DNA of 64,000 bases from Candidatus Marinacidobacterales bacterium (GCA_965219415.1 CBDCNP010000002.1:1696001-1760000); one strand, 5' to 3'. Positions 1-10,456 are shown, counted from the stretch's first letter. The notes: generated by a model not told the origin, from the sequence alone. Made by a program: numbers and translations.

Positions 1-27
1 GCACCGCATGAATGCCGGTCAGCGTGT

Positions 28-525
28 TCAGGACGACTCCTTCTGCTGCACCATCACGACCGCCTGAGCGAACATGCCCTCCTGACGGCCCGTGAAACCC
101 ATCCCATCCGATGTTTTGGCTTTGACTCCTACTGCGTCCGCTGAAATGCCCAGCATTTCCGCCACCTCCCCGCGCACGGCGTCGAAATGCTCCGACAGAC
201 GGGGTTTTTCCGCGACGATCACCGTGTCGACCTGGACCACGCGGTAGCCTTTCTCCTCAACGAGCCGAACCGCCTTCTCTACGAACAGACGGCTCGACGC
301 TGATTTCAACTTCGGGTCGCTAGAAGGAAAAAGTGACCCGAGGTCGGGCGCTCCGACTGCGCCGAGAAGCGCATCCGCGAGTGCATGCAGAAGGACATCG
401 CCATCCGAATGGCCCACCAGGCCTTGGTCGTGCGGAATCTCGACCCCTCCCAGAACCAGCTTCCGATTCGCTGCGAAGCGATGAGCATCCACCCCTAGAC
501 CAATTCGGAAGGCAGGGCGAGTCAT
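28..525 (-). CDS. ispF: 2-C-methyl-D-erythritol 2,4-cyclodiphosphate synthase
   Basis: Motifs RIGLGVDAH, GHSDGDVLLHALADALLGA and VKAKTSDGMGFTGR; overlaps ispD. Confidence 0.97.
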   Translation of the reverse strand: MTRPAFRIGLGVDAHRFAANRKLVLGGVEIPHDQGLVGHSDGDVLLHALADALLGAVGAPDLGSLFPSSDPKLKSASSRLFVEKAVRLVEEKGYRVVQVDTVIVAEKPRLSEHFDAVRGEVAEMLGISADAVGVKAKTSDGMGFTGRQEGMFAQAVVMVQQKESS

Positions 526-1244
526 GGCTGCTCCTCGAGCTTCAGGTAATATGCCGCGAGAGCTAAGTGCTCCCGGGTCGTGACCTTTAGGTTCTTGACC
601 GAGCCCGGCACCATTTGGACCGTAGCACCGATTCGCTCTACCAACTGGGCTTCATCCGTCCCCGAGAAACCGTCCGCGATCGCCCGTTCGAACGCCTCTC
701 GTAAGATCCGGTGACGAAAACACTGTGGTGTTTGAGCACGATAGTAGCGACTCCGATCGATAGTTCCCTGCACCGCCGCTTCCGCGTCTACCTCTTTCAG
801 CGTCTCTTCGACTGGAAGACCCGCCAAGGCGCCGCCGAACCGTTTTCCGGCTTCGACCACGTCCCGGATCACCTCTTCCGTGACCAGGGGGCGCGCACCA
901 TCGTGAACGACGACCCATCCTTCAAAGGAAGATGCCAGAGTAGAGATGCCATTCCAAACCGAGTCTTGCCTCGACTCACCGCCCGGAACCATATCCAGCG
1001 GTGCACCCTCCCCGAACCACGGGGTCATGAGTCCCACGTATCGATCGAATCCGTCGCTGGGAAGTACGACGACGATTCTATCGATGTCCGGCGATCCTAC
1101 GAAACGAGCTACGGTATGCGCGAGCAGGGGTTTTCCAGCCAACTCCAGAAATTGCTTGGGCTGGGACGCATTCAGGCGGGTACCGGAACCGCCCGCCGCG
1201 ACAATCGCTACGGTGGTAACGGTATCGCCGACCCCCATGATCAC
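522..1244 (-). CDS. ispD: 2-C-methyl-D-erythritol 4-phosphate cytidylyltransferase
   Basis: Motifs AAGGSGTRL..PKQF, GGESRQDSV, VHDGARP, AQTPQ, TDEA and NLKVT. Confidence 0.96.
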   Translation of the reverse strand: MIMGVGDTVTTVAIVAAGGSGTRLNASQPKQFLELAGKPLLAHTVARFVGSPDIDRIVVVLPSDGFDRYVGLMTPWFGEGAPLDMVPGGESRQDSVWNGISTLASSFEGWVVVHDGARPLVTEEVIRDVVEAGKRFGGALAGLPVEETLKEVDAEAAVQGTIDRSRYYRAQTPQCFRHRILREAFERAIADGFSGTDEAQLVERIGATVQMVPGSVKNLKVTTREHLALAAYYLKLEEQP

Positions 1245-1903
1245 TCTCCCGACTCTACCGAGTTTACAGGCCGTGCACCCGTGAACCGGGAGACTCGCTC
1301 GATCGTCTGCTCGAGCCGTTTGTCCAAGTCGACCCTCTTCATTCCATGGGGGGCGAAGATGACGATCAGCGTCTCCCTGGTGTGCTCGGAAATCGCCGCC
1401 CGCAAGGAGTCCGAGGTGGGGTTACCGAACGGTCCTTCTCGATCGACTAGGCAAATCCGTCCGTCGAGGTGCACCGGCCCCTTGCGTATTCCAGGATAGC
1501 TCTCGCCGGCTCGGCCGAGGCGGGCCTCTATGGGTAACGACAGAGTCGTCAAATCGTAGACGCCATACGAGAGCTGAAACTCGAGCGAGCACAGGTTCAC
1601 CGTATCCACCAGCAGGTTCACCTCATAGAGCGCCTGCCCTTTGAGAATACGACGGAGCAATGCCTCCGACGAAGGTCTGACTTTGGTCGGGTCGAGCCCA
1701 ATCGCTTTGTAGAGAGCCCGCGTGTCTGCCACACCCGGGATCTCGAGCCAGCTCGCCCCGGTGAACTGGTCACGGAGCCTCGTGCACACTCGGTCGAGCT
1801 CTGCTTCGAGCTCGGACCGGGCCCGGGAGAGATCGACATCGGTAAGTTGGACGGTGGCGAGCCGAAGCCGGTTCGCGAGATCGCCAGATATTCGGACGTG
1901 CAT
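1241..1903 (-). CDS. Stand-alone B3/B4 (PheRS beta editing-like) domain protein
   Basis: Motifs GLDPTKVRPSSEALLRR, VNLLVDTVNLCSL and GPFGNPTSDS; ATG at 1903 lies right after the plsC stop (the track start at 1987 overlaps plsC). Confidence 0.85.
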   Translation of the reverse strand: MHVRISGDLANRLRLATVQLTDVDLSRARSELEAELDRVCTRLRDQFTGASWLEIPGVADTRALYKAIGLDPTKVRPSSEALLRRILKGQALYEVNLLVDTVNLCSLEFQLSYGVYDLTTLSLPIEARLGRAGESYPGIRKGPVHLDGRICLVDREGPFGNPTSDSLRAAISEHTRETLIVIFAPHGMKRVDLDKRLEQTIERVSRFTGARPVNSVESGE

Positions 1904-1904
1904 G

Positions 1905-2630
1905 TTAGTGGGGATTTGGTGTCTCGTAGTTACTAACGACAACCTCCCGGACTTGTTTGGCGAGGTCGATGGCGGCACCGTCTTCAAGCTCTTCTACCGG
2001 GATGGGCCGCTCCACATGAACCTTCACAGTACCCGGGTGCACCGTCACTTCGCCCCTCTTCATGATCCGCCAACTCTCGGAAATCGTGATCGGCACCACC
2101 GGCACTCCCGACTTGATGGCGAGCAAGAACGATCCCTGTTTGAAACGACCGATCGAGCCGTTCTTACTACGGGTTCCCTCGGGAAAGATCACTACCGAGG
2201 TCCCCTGTTTGATCTTTTTCGCTGCTCGCTCCAAACTCTGGCGAGCACGCACCGGATTGGAGCGATCGACCGAAATGTGGCCGCAGAAATACAGGTGCCA
2301 ACCCATGAACGGCACGCGATTGAGTGATTCTTTGTACAAAATGCGAAACGAGAACGGGAGCAAAGCAAAGAGGATCGGAATGTCGTAGATGCTCTGATGA
2401 TTGGCGGCGAAAATGTAGTGCCGTTCCGTTTCCAAGTTCTCGAGCCCACTAAGAGAAACTCGGACTCCGCAAGTCGTCAAGATGAGCCAGGACCAGGTAC
2501 GAGCTAGCCAATGCGATGGATTTCCACTTCGGAAGAACATCCCGAGGAGGATCGAGATCGCTCCACACACGATGGTGTAGATGCTCACCAGAGGAATCGA
2601 GATCAGAATAGTTCGGAGCGTGGCCAGCAT
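1905..2630 (-). CDS. plsC: 1-acyl-sn-glycerol-3-phosphate acyltransferase
   Basis: NHQSIYD (HX4D) and FPEGTRS motifs; N-terminal TM helix. Confidence 0.92.
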   Translation of the reverse strand: MLATLRTILISIPLVSIYTIVCGAISILLGMFFRSGNPSHWLARTWSWLILTTCGVRVSLSGLENLETERHYIFAANHQSIYDIPILFALLPFSFRILYKESLNRVPFMGWHLYFCGHISVDRSNPVRARQSLERAAKKIKQGTSVVIFPEGTRSKNGSIGRFKQGSFLLAIKSGVPVVPITISESWRIMKRGEVTVHPGTVKVHVERPIPVEELEDGAAIDLAKQVREVVVSNYETPNPH

Positions 2631-2661
2631 GGCCGGGACAATGTAACCCTCTAGACCCGCT

Positions 2662-3681
2662 TTACCGCTTGTCGCCCGCTGCGGCGGAATTATGGGACTC
2701 GATAGCCTTCCCGAAAATCATCTTGCCCGCGGTAGTTTGAAGCACACTGGTCACGGTGACGTCCACGTTTTTCCCGATGAGCTGGCGGGCGTTATCGACC
2801 ACCACCATGGTCCCATCATCTAGATATGCGACGCCCTGGTTGTACTCCTTACCTTCCTTCAAAATGAACACCCGCATGAACTCGCCGGGCAGCACCACTG
2901 GCTTCAGCGCGTTCGCGAGCTCGTTGATGTTGAGAACCTGGACTCCCTGCAGCTGTGCCACTTTATTGAGGTTGAAGTCGTTGGTCACGATCTTTGCGTT
3001 TTGAACTTTGGCCAGCTCGATGAGCTTGAGGTCGACCTCTTTGACATCCGGAAAATCGAGCTCCGAAATATTCACGTCGATCCCGCTCATCTTGCGAATT
3101 TTCTGCAATATGTCCAGTCCGTGGCGACCGCGGTTTCTCTTGAGCGAATCGGCAGAATCAGCGACTTGTTGGAGTTCCTTGAGCACGAACGTTGGGATCA
3201 CCATCGTGCCATCCATGAATCCGGTCTCGCAGATATCGGCCACTCGCCCGTCGATGATCACACTGGTATCGAGAACCTTGAAATTGCGAACCGTCGTGGT
3301 GCCACGGAAGTAGGCCACCAACGATAGCGGATCGAACCACTCGGCTTTCATCAAGCCCAGGAGCAATCCCAAGTATGCGAGAAAGAGCAACACCAAGGCT
3401 TGCCAGAAGGCTTGGGCGCTTTCGCCCATTGGTATCTTAGCCAAAGGGATACCCACTAACAGTGCCAGGATGACCCCGAGGACTGCCCCGATGAAACCGC
3501 CCGCTACTTGACCGGCGGGAACGGTTCGAATCCGAAGCTCGAGGGAAATGATCGCGGCACCCAACAAAGCTCCGAGCGCCGCATTTGCAAGTTGCCCCCA
3601 CGGAAGGGGGGCATAGACGATCGACGTATATATGATTGCAGCTAGTAGAATGGCTCTAATTATGAATATGGGACATATCAA
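2662..3681 (-). CDS. Membrane PIN/TRAM domain protein (YacL-like)
   Basis: About four TM segments, then [11 protein letters not shown] (PIN), [10 protein letters not shown] and [20 protein letters not shown] (TRAM). Start uncertain: TTG at 3681, or ATG at 3676 with a 1-nt indel. Confidence 0.9.
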   Translation of the reverse strand: MICPIFIIRAILLAAIIYTSIVYAPLPWGQLANAALGALLGAAIISLELRIRTVPAGQVAGGFIGAVLGVILALLVGIPLAKIPMGESAQAFWQALVLLFLAYLGLLLGLMKAEWFDPLSLVAYFRGTTTVRNFKVLDTSVIIDGRVADICETGFMDGTMVIPTFVLKELQQVADSADSLKRNRGRHGLDILQKIRKMSGIDVNISELDFPDVKEVDLKLIELAKVQNAKIVTNDFNLNKVAQLQGVQVLNINELANALKPVVLPGEFMRVFILKEGKEYNQGVAYLDDGTMVVVDNARQLIGKNVDVTVTSVLQTTAGKMIFGKAIESHNSAAAGDKR

Positions 3682-3716
3682 TTCTCTCGCTCGGCCGACT
3701 GGCTCTAACCCAACCA

Positions 3717-5096
3717 CTAGGACACCAACTCCAAAACCTCACCGACGTTCCGGACCCCTACTAGCTCGACGTCGAGAGCGGCCGCCGCTTCATCCGGCAA
3801 GGGTAAGTTGCCAATCGGAAGTATGATTTTGTTGAACCCTAAACGCGCCGCCTCTTTCACTCTCACTGCTACCTGTTGTGCGGCCCTCACCTCTCCAGCC
3901 AACCCCACCTCTCCCAGCAGTACGGTCTGCGAGTCGACCGGTCGGCCCTTGAAGCTGGACGCCACCGCCGCCGCAACTCCCAAGTCGGCCACCGGTTCGC
4001 CCACAGCCAGCCCGCCGGCCACATTCACGTACACATCTTCGGCGGAAAGTTGAAGTCCGACCCTCTTCTCCAACACTGCCAGAAGCAATGCCACCCGATT
4101 GCTATCGATCCCGACCGTCACGCGACGCGGATACCCGAAACTGGATCGGGACACCAACGCCTGAATCTCGACCAGCAGCGGCCGCGTCCCCTCCAGGCTG
4201 CAGACCACCACCGACCCGGGCGCCTTTTCTGGACGCTCGGATAGGAATAGCCCCGAGGGATTCTCTACCGGTTCCAAACCGGAGCCCGTCATCTCGAAGA
4301 CTCCCAGCTCTCCCGCCGCACCGTAACGGTTCTTGGTCGCCCGGACGAGTCGGTGAGAATAGTGACGCTCGCCCTCGAAGTAGAGCACGGTGTCCACGAT
4401 GTGCTCGAGAGCTTTGGGTCCTGCCAAATTCCCTTCTTTCGTGACGTGCCCGATCAGAAAAACCGGCGTGCCGGTAGACTTTGCGAAGTAGAGGAGCTCG
4501 GCTGCGGCTTCCCTGACCTGGCTCACACTTCCTGGCGCGGACGAAAATCTCGACGAGTAGACCGTTTGGACCGAATCCAAAACGACCAGCGACGGCCGAT
4601 GGTGCTTGAGCTCCGAGAGGATGCGGTCCAGGTTGGTCTCGCTGAAAAGCAGGAGAGACTCCGCACTGACACCGAGCCGCTCCCCACGAAGCTTGATCTG
4701 CTGCTCCGACTCTTCGCCACTGATGTAAAGGACCGGGCGCTCGCTGGGGGTGGACGCCGCCAGGCGTGAAGCCACCTGCAGCAACAGCGTGGATTTGCCG
4801 ATGCCGGGATCGCCTCCCAAGAGGACCAAGGATCCTGCGACCACCCCGCCGCCGAGCACTCGGTCGAACTCTTCGATACCGGTAGCGAGGCGTGATGCCG
4901 CGTCCGGACTCACTTCTAGGTAGGGACGAGGACCACCACCAGCCGAGAGGCTCTCGCGGCGAGGATCCGACTGCCGGGATGCCTCGAGCTCCTCGACCAA
5001 GCTATTCCACGCTCCGCAGTCCGAGCAGCGGCCCAGCCACTTGGGAGAGCTGACCCCGCATTCCTGGCAAACGAAAGCGGTCTTGACCTTGCCCAT
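3717..5096 (-). CDS. radA: DNA repair protein RadA/Sms
   Basis: [13 protein letters not shown] zinc finger, Walker [14 protein letters not shown] motif and Lon-like C-terminus. Confidence 0.98.
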   Translation of the reverse strand: MGKVKTAFVCQECGVSSPKWLGRCSDCGAWNSLVEELEASRQSDPRRESLSAGGGPRPYLEVSPDAASRLATGIEEFDRVLGGGVVAGSLVLLGGDPGIGKSTLLLQVASRLAASTPSERPVLYISGEESEQQIKLRGERLGVSAESLLLFSETNLDRILSELKHHRPSLVVLDSVQTVYSSRFSSAPGSVSQVREAAAELLYFAKSTGTPVFLIGHVTKEGNLAGPKALEHIVDTVLYFEGERHYSHRLVRATKNRYGAAGELGVFEMTGSGLEPVENPSGLFLSERPEKAPGSVVVCSLEGTRPLLVEIQALVSRSSFGYPRRVTVGIDSNRVALLLAVLEKRVGLQLSAEDVYVNVAGGLAVGEPVADLGVAAAVASSFKGRPVDSQTVLLGEVGLAGEVRAAQQVAVRVKEAARLGFNKIILPIGNLPLPDEAAAALDVELVGVRNVGEVLELVS

Positions 5097-5192
5097 AGTT
5101 AGAACGTCATCTTAGAAAGCGGATGTGCAAGAAAACGGCAGTTCGATATGGCTCGCGCCTTGAAACTTGGTGAATACGCCCAGTAGCCAGTG

Positions 5193-5201
5193 ATTATAAC
5201 A
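5193..5201 (-). promoter_or_regulatory. Extended -10 promoter upstream of radA
   Basis: TGTTATAAT on the minus strand about 100 nt upstream of the radA ATG. Confidence 0.5.
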
Positions 5202-5353
5202 CGCACGCCGGCTCGGCACGGCTGGCCCATCGATGCCAGATGCGCCATGACAACACCCTAAAGGTATGACGAAAAACGAAGGACGATGCCGCCCGAAAGG
5301 GCCAGGTCAAGTCGCTAGGGCATGAACGGGAGGTGTTGAAGACGGGCCGCGGC

Positions 5354-6700
5354 TCAAATGGGGTCTTGTCGCCACTCCAGGTTCTCGAACCGAGTGTACT
5401 CTTTGATGAAGGCGACCCGGATCGTGCCAGTCGGTCCGTTGCGCTGCTTACTGAGGATGAGCTCGGCCAACCCCTTGTTCTCCGGGGTCGAGTCGTACGT
5501 CTCCTCACGGTAAATAAACACGACGACATCAGCATCTTGCTCGAGTGCGCCCGATTCCCGCAGGTCCGAAAGCTGTGGGCGGTGATCGCCGCGACTCTCG
5601 GGGGCGCGGGAGAGTTGTGAGAGAGCTACAACCGGAATGTTCAACTCCTTCGCCAAGCCCTTGAGTGCCCGACTGATGCCACTGATCTCCTGGGTACGGT
5701 TCTCGAACCGCCCTCGCCCTGACATGAGCTGAAGGTAGTCGACGATCAGAAGATCCAGACCATGCTCGAGCTTGAGTCGCCGTGCCTTGGCACGCATCTC
5801 GAGAACACTCAAAGAGGCGGAATCGTCGATGAAGACCCGGGCCGAGGAGAGTCGGGAAACCGCTTGGATGAGCTTCGCCCAGTCCTTTTCGGAAATGAAC
5901 CCCGAGCGTAGCCGGTGCATATCGACTCTTGCTTCGGAGCAAAGCATCCTCATCACCAGCTGCTCTTTGGACATCTCCAAGCTGAACACACCGACCGTAT
6001 GTGACCCGGTGAGCCCGGCGTGCTGGGCGATGTTCAAGCAGAAACTGGTCTTTCCCATGGCCGGCCTCGCGGCCACGATGATGAGGTCCGACGGCTGGAG
6101 TCCGGACGTCAATTCTTCGAACTCTACGAAGCCGGTGGGGACACCGGTGACCATGTCCCGACGTTCGGACAACTCGTCGATGGACGTGAAGCTACTGCGA
6201 ACGATCTCGCCGAGCGGCTCGAAACCGGTCTGGATCGCCCCCTCGGCGATCTCGAAAATAGACCGCTCCGCTTGGTCGAGAACCGTCGAGGTATCCTCGG
6301 GCTCGTCGAAACAGGATTGGATGATGCGGTTCGCGGAGCTGATGAGGCTTCGCAAGACGGACTTTTCTTTGACGATCTTGGAGTAGTAGGGAACGTTGGT
6401 GGCGCGAGGGACCCCGTCCACCAATGACGTCAGGTAGGCGGCGCCGCCTGCCGAGTCCAACTCTCCCGCCCGAGACAGCTCTTCTTTGAGGGTAACGAGA
6501 TCGATCCCCTGTCCACGGACGGACAGGGCCTCCATGCGCGCATAGATCCGCTGGTGTGCCTGCCGGTAGAAGTCGTCTTGCCGGAGGATCTCGGCGGCGT
6601 TGTGGAAGCTCTCGTTATCTATGAGGATGGCGCCCAGGACGGTCCTTTCCGCCTCTAGGCTATGCGGAAGTGCCTTCTCGAGGGCAACCTCCTCAGGCAA
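5354..6700 (-). CDS. dnaB: Replicative DNA helicase
   Basis: Motifs PHSLEAE, AARPAMGKT, FSLEM, VDYLQL, LSDLRESGALEQDAD and KQRNGPTG; no intein. Confidence 0.98.
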   Translation of the reverse strand: MPEEVALEKALPHSLEAERTVLGAILIDNESFHNAAEILRQDDFYRQAHQRIYARMEALSVRGQGIDLVTLKEELSRAGELDSAGGAAYLTSLVDGVPRATNVPYYSKIVKEKSVLRSLISSANRIIQSCFDEPEDTSTVLDQAERSIFEIAEGAIQTGFEPLGEIVRSSFTSIDELSERRDMVTGVPTGFVEFEELTSGLQPSDLIIVAARPAMGKTSFCLNIAQHAGLTGSHTVGVFSLEMSKEQLVMRMLCSEARVDMHRLRSGFISEKDWAKLIQAVSRLSSARVFIDDSASLSVLEMRAKARRLKLEHGLDLLIVDYLQLMSGRGRFENRTQEISGISRALKGLAKELNIPVVALSQLSRAPESRGDHRPQLSDLRESGALEQDADVVVFIYREETYDSTPENKGLAELILSKQRNGPTGTIRVAFIKEYTRFENLEWRQDPI

Positions 6701-6703
6701 GGG

Positions 6704-7150
6704 CTACTCTTCCTCCTTCTCCACGGTCACCGTGAGGGTAGTGGACACCTCGGGATGAAGCCGAGCCGTGACCGGGAACTCTCCCAGGCTCTTGATGGGT
6801 TCGTCGAGCAGGATCTGCCGCCTTTCCACGGAGTATCCCTTCGCCGCCAGTGCCTCTACAACATCGGCTGCGGAGACCGATCCGTAGAGCTCCTCGCCAT
6901 GAACCTTGCGACGGAAGGAAAGCTTTATGCCTGAGATCTGCGATGCCAAAGCTTCGCCTTCTTCCTTCTCCTTCGCGTGCTCAACCGCCACTAGCTTCTT
7001 ATCTTTTTCCATCCGCCGAACGTTGTTATCGTTAACCTCCATCGCCAGATTCCGGGGGAGAAGAAAATTGCGTGCAAACCCCGGGCGCACCTCAACGATG
7101 TCTCCCTTCTTACCGAGTTTGTCGACGTTCTCGCACAATATGAGCTGCAT
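6704..7150 (-). CDS. rplI: 50S ribosomal protein L9
   Basis: Motifs LGKKGDIVEVRPGFARNFLLP, LYGSV and PIKSLG. Confidence 0.98.
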   Translation of the reverse strand: MQLILCENVDKLGKKGDIVEVRPGFARNFLLPRNLAMEVNDNNVRRMEKDKKLVAVEHAKEKEEGEALASQISGIKLSFRRKVHGEELYGSVSAADVVEALAAKGYSVERRQILLDEPIKSLGEFPVTARLHPEVSTTLTVTVEKEEE

Positions 7151-7174
7151 GTTCTCTTCTCCGCTCCTCGGTCT

Positions 7175-7450
7175 CTAAGAAGTGAAAGGCAACAACGCTA
7201 TGTTGCGAGCCCTTTGAATGGCCGTCTTCAACTTTCGTTGGTGCGGGGCACATGTACCCGAGATGCGACGTGGCAATATCTTCGCCCTCTCGGGAATGAA
7301 GGAAGCCAGAAGCTGATGGTCTTTCCAATCGATGTAATCGATCTTCTCGGCGCAAAACTTACATACCTTTCGCCTTCGATAGTAGAACCGCTTGCCTCGG
7401 CGAGCACCACTGCCGCTACCACTACTAGCGCTCTTCTTTCTGGGATGCAT
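7175..7450 (-). CDS. rpsR: 30S ribosomal protein S18 (Zn-binding form)
   Basis: [30 protein letters not shown]. Confidence 0.98.
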   Translation of the reverse strand: MHPRKKSASSGSGSGARRGKRFYYRRRKVCKFCAEKIDYIDWKDHQLLASFIPERAKILPRRISGTCAPHQRKLKTAIQRARNIALLPFTS

Positions 7451-7911
7451 TATTCGACCTCCGCAGCTGGCTTGGGTGGCTCGGTCGGTGCGGTCGGTGC
7501 AGCCGACTCAGCCGGTGGAGCGGCCACCCGTTCGCCGGCCGCAGCCGCTTTCTTCCTTCGTCGTTCACGACGCGCCTCCTCGCGGGCCGTTTTGCGCGCC
7601 TTACGCCGCTCGACCTTTTCCAAGTCTTTGTCGACGCGGACGGTGAGGAACCGAAGCACCCCGTCGGTAACACGAAGTCGCCGTTCCAACTCCGAGATCG
7701 CTGCCGCCTCCGCCTTTAGCCGGCTCAGAACATAGTAGCCTTCGGAGTGACGGCCGATGCGGCCGGCCAACCTACGCTTGCCCCACGGATCGGTGCCCTC
7801 GATGCTGACGCCCTGTTTGCCCATAAATTCCTCGATCTGGCTGATGAGCGCCTTGGTGGCCTCTTCGTCCGGATTGGGCTCGAGGATGTACATCAATTCG
7901 TATCCTCTCAT
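7450..7911 (-). CDS. rpsF: 30S ribosomal protein S6
   Basis: [18 protein letters not shown] and VLRFL motifs; GGGAGG Shine-Dalgarno before ATG 7911; Ala/Pro/Glu-rich C-tail. Confidence 0.97.
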   Translation of the reverse strand: MRGYELMYILEPNPDEEATKALISQIEEFMGKQGVSIEGTDPWGKRRLAGRIGRHSEGYYVLSRLKAEAAAISELERRLRVTDGVLRFLTVRVDKDLEKVERRKARKTAREEARRERRRKKAAAAGERVAAPPAESAAPTAPTEPPKPAAEVE

Positions 7912-7921
7912 CGTTCTACTT

Positions 7922-7972
7922 ACCCTCCCTACGGATATCAAGCCCTCTCTCTAAGGAGAGAGCAAGGAGTCA
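7922..7972 (-). promoter_or_regulatory. S6:S18 ribosomal-protein leader RNA
   Basis: Minus strand reads ACTCCTTGC-TCTCTC-CTTA-GAGAGA-GGGCTTGATAT-CCG-TAGGGAGG: an anti-SD CTCCTT, an inner hairpin and the conserved CCG just before the SD, as in described S6:S18 leaders. Confidence 0.8.
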
Positions 7973-8007
7973 AGCCACCCCGTCAACCTTCTATCAGAGG
8001 CACCCCG

Positions 8008-8610
8008 TTAATCTTCTAGTGCTTCGGGGGGGCGGTTGTACAAAGACATCGCCCGCTCTATTCCATCGCGGAACAGGGCGCGGGTCGCGTCCACCGTTCG
8101 TTCCAAGAGTTTCTCGACTACCTCTTGCTCTTGAGCGGAAAACGGCTCCAACACGAACTCCGCGAGATCAAGCTCCTCTTGCTTCTCTTCCGGCGACCCT
8201 TCACTGGGACCGATGCCCAGCCTGACCCGAGGCACTTCCTCGGTGTCGAGAGCCTCCAAAACGGAAGCAAGTCCTAGGTGACCGCCATCGCTGCCATGGG
8301 GTCTGAGGCGAATCGTTCCCAACGGCAACGCAACATCGTCCAAAAATACCAGCACTTCCCCGGGGATGATTTCCCGGCCCCGGGTCAACTCTACCACGGC
8401 CCTACCGCTCAGGTTCATATAGGTCTGTGGCTTGGCGAGCACGATCGACTTGCCCTCGAAAATCCCTTCGGCGATCAAGCCGCTCGGTGAACCTTTCTCC
8501 CAACGGGCGCCGGATTCGCGAGCGATTCTCTCGACGGCGTCGAAACCAAGGTTGTGTCGTGTCCCGGCGTATCGAGGACCCGGATTACCTAACCCAACCA
8601 GAAGCCGCAA
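8008..8610 (-). CDS. pth: Peptidyl-tRNA hydrolase
   Basis: Motifs LVGLGNPG..YAGTRHNLGF, KPQTYMNLSG and GSDGGHLGL. Confidence 0.97.
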   Translation of the reverse strand: MRLLVGLGNPGPRYAGTRHNLGFDAVERIARESGARWEKGSPSGLIAEGIFEGKSIVLAKPQTYMNLSGRAVVELTRGREIIPGEVLVFLDDVALPLGTIRLRPHGSDGGHLGLASVLEALDTEEVPRVRLGIGPSEGSPEEKQEELDLAEFVLEPFSAQEQEVVEKLLERTVDATRALFRDGIERAMSLYNRPPEALED

Positions 8611-8655
8611 ACACGTGTCTCGGTGGAACGAAGCGAACCTTGCACACCGCCGAGC

Positions 8656-9342
8656 CTATTCGGACGGGCCCTCCTCGGAGCCTTCGCCTTCCGACTCGGC
8701 CTTGCCCTTCTTGATAACCTCCGGTTCGGCGGCCTCTGCTTCTCCTTCGGCTGCCACTTCCGCCTCCGGCTCCTCTTCGACCCTAGGCGCCTCGACGTGG
8801 GCGATAACCAACCCGGGGTCACTGAGCAGGGTCACCCGCTCGGGAAGTTCCAGCTCGCCGGCGCGAATCAACTTGCCTAACTCGAGGTGGGACACATCGG
8901 CCTTGATCTTCTCCGGGATGTCCACGGGCAAGCAAGAAACCTCGATCGACCGACTGACGAAGTCCAACATACCGCCTTCGTTCTTGACGCCGACCGGGAC
9001 TCCGGTGAGCTCGATCTGAACAGACAGGGTCAACACGTGGTCCATCGCCACCCGGATCAAATCGGCGTGGAGAAGTTCGTGCTCGATCGGCTCCAGCTGA
9101 TAGTCCTTCACCATCACGTTCTCGGTGCCCTTGGCACCCTTGACCTGTAGGTCGAAAATCGTGTTCGCGCCTGCGTCGGAGCGCAGGATTCCGATCAGCA
9201 CGTTAGGGTCGATAGCCACCGGAATGGAATCCTTCTTTTCCCCGTACACGATCGCTGGGATCATGCCCTTGGCGCGAAGCCTCCGGTTCGCTCCCTTGCC
9301 AAAAGAAGCCCGCGGTTGGGCCTCAACGACCATCTTATCCAT
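8656..9342 (-). CDS. rplY: 50S ribosomal protein L25/Ctc
   Basis: Motifs GKGANRRLR, IPAIVYG, HADL and GVKNEGG; acidic tail. Confidence 0.97.
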   Translation of the reverse strand: MDKMVVEAQPRASFGKGANRRLRAKGMIPAIVYGEKKDSIPVAIDPNVLIGILRSDAGANTIFDLQVKGAKGTENVMVKDYQLEPIEHELLHADLIRVAMDHVLTLSVQIELTGVPVGVKNEGGMLDFVSRSIEVSCLPVDIPEKIKADVSHLELGKLIRAGELELPERVTLLSDPGLVIAHVEAPRVEEEPEAEVAAEGEAEAAEPEVIKKGKAESEGEGSEEGPSE

Positions 9343-9384
9343 GTGGACTAGTCCCTCCTTTCGCTCTCGGTGTCAATCACCCGG

Positions 9385-9493
9385 GATGCCAATCTGCGGT
9401 CGCGTCAGACGCCCCTGAGAAAATCCGGAACAGCTACCATGCCACGACGGAACCCGTCGGTCAATTGGACCGACCCGGTCAGGGATTGGCATC
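9385..9493 (-). other. Nested inverted-repeat structure in the rplY leader
   Basis: Stem pairs GATGCCAATC (9385-94)/GATTGGCATC (9484-93), CCTGA/TCAGG and inner hairpin GTCGGTC-AATTG-GACCGAC (9456-74). Confidence 0.55.
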
Positions 9494-9511
9494 AACTCCG
9501 TTCAACGGACA

Positions 9512-10456
9512 CTAAACGAATAGGGAGCTGACCGACGCCTCGTCGTGTACGTTTTGGATCGCTTTCCCCAGAAGCGAAGCGACGGAAAGTACTTTTATCT
9601 TCGCCTTGTTCTTCTTCTCCTGCGAAAGGGGGATCGAATCGGAGACGATGAGCTCTTCTATGTTGGACTCCGACACTCTCTGTACCGCTTTTCCCGACAG
9701 CACCGGATGGGTGCAGCAAGCAAGTACCCGCGCCGCGCCGGCGTCCAGCAGTGCGTCGGCCGCCTTCACTAGGGTTCCCGCAGAATCCACGATGTCGTCG
9801 ATGATGAGGGCGCTCGCCCCCTCGACTTCACCGATGACATATATCTTCTCTATCTCATTTGACGCCTCGCTTCGCCTCTTGTCCATTACCGCGAGCGGAA
9901 CTTTCAAACGCTTTGCATAGGCGCGAGCCCGTTCCACGCCGCCCGCGTCGGGAGAGACGATAACCAGGTTCTTCAAGTCAAGGGAAGTAACGTACTCCAA
10001 CATGACCGGTGCTGCGAAAAGGTGATCGACCGGCACGTTGAAAAACCCCTGGATCTGACCGACGTGAAGATCCATCGTTATCGCGCGGCTGGTGCCCGCC
10101 GTCGACAACAGATCGGCCACCAATTTTGCCGAAATAGGCACCCTCGGTTTGTCTTTCCGGTCTTGTCGTCCGTAACCATAGTACGGCATGACCGCCGTGA
10201 TACGGCTCGCTGATGCTCGTTTGAAAGCATCGATCATAATGAGGAGTTCCATCAAGTTCTCGTTGACCGGCGGGGGCGTTGGTTGGACCACGAAGACGTC
10301 GGCCCCTCGTATGTTCTCCAAGATCTGGAAAGAGACCTCGTCGTCGGAGAACCTGCCTAGATCGGCCTTCCCCAAGGGGACCCCGAGGGCCTCGGCGATA
10401 CTCGCCGTGAGCGCCGGATTACAGCTACCACTGAAGACTTTCAGCGGTCTGCCCAT
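9512..10456 (-). CDS. prs: Ribose-phosphate pyrophosphokinase
   Basis: Motifs PYYGYGRQDRK, MDLHVGQIQGFF, VSPDAGGVERA and IIDDIVDSAGT. Confidence 0.98.
   Translation of the reverse strand: MGRPLKVFSGSCNPALTASIAEALGVPLGKADLGRFSDDEVSFQILENIRGADVFVVQPTPPPVNENLMELLIMIDAFKRASASRITAVMPYYGYGRQDRKDKPRVPISAKLVADLLSTAGTSRAITMDLHVGQIQGFFNVPVDHLFAAPVMLEYVTSLDLKNLVIVSPDAGGVERARAYAKRLKVPLAVMDKRRSEASNEIEKIYVIGEVEGASALIIDDIVDSAGTLVKAADALLDAGAARVLACCTHPVLSGKAVQRVSESNIEELIVSDSIPLSQEKKNKAKIKVLSVASLLGKAIQNVHDEASVSSLFV

Noticed and set aside
5205-5350. Possible riboswitch or ncRNA in the dnaB-radA spacer (GCCC-GAAA-GGGC hairpin)
   Set aside because: Only a single short tetraloop hairpin, with no recognisable family consensus.
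5354-6700. Intein in DnaB
   Set aside because: The length is normal (448 aa) and the motifs are contiguous.
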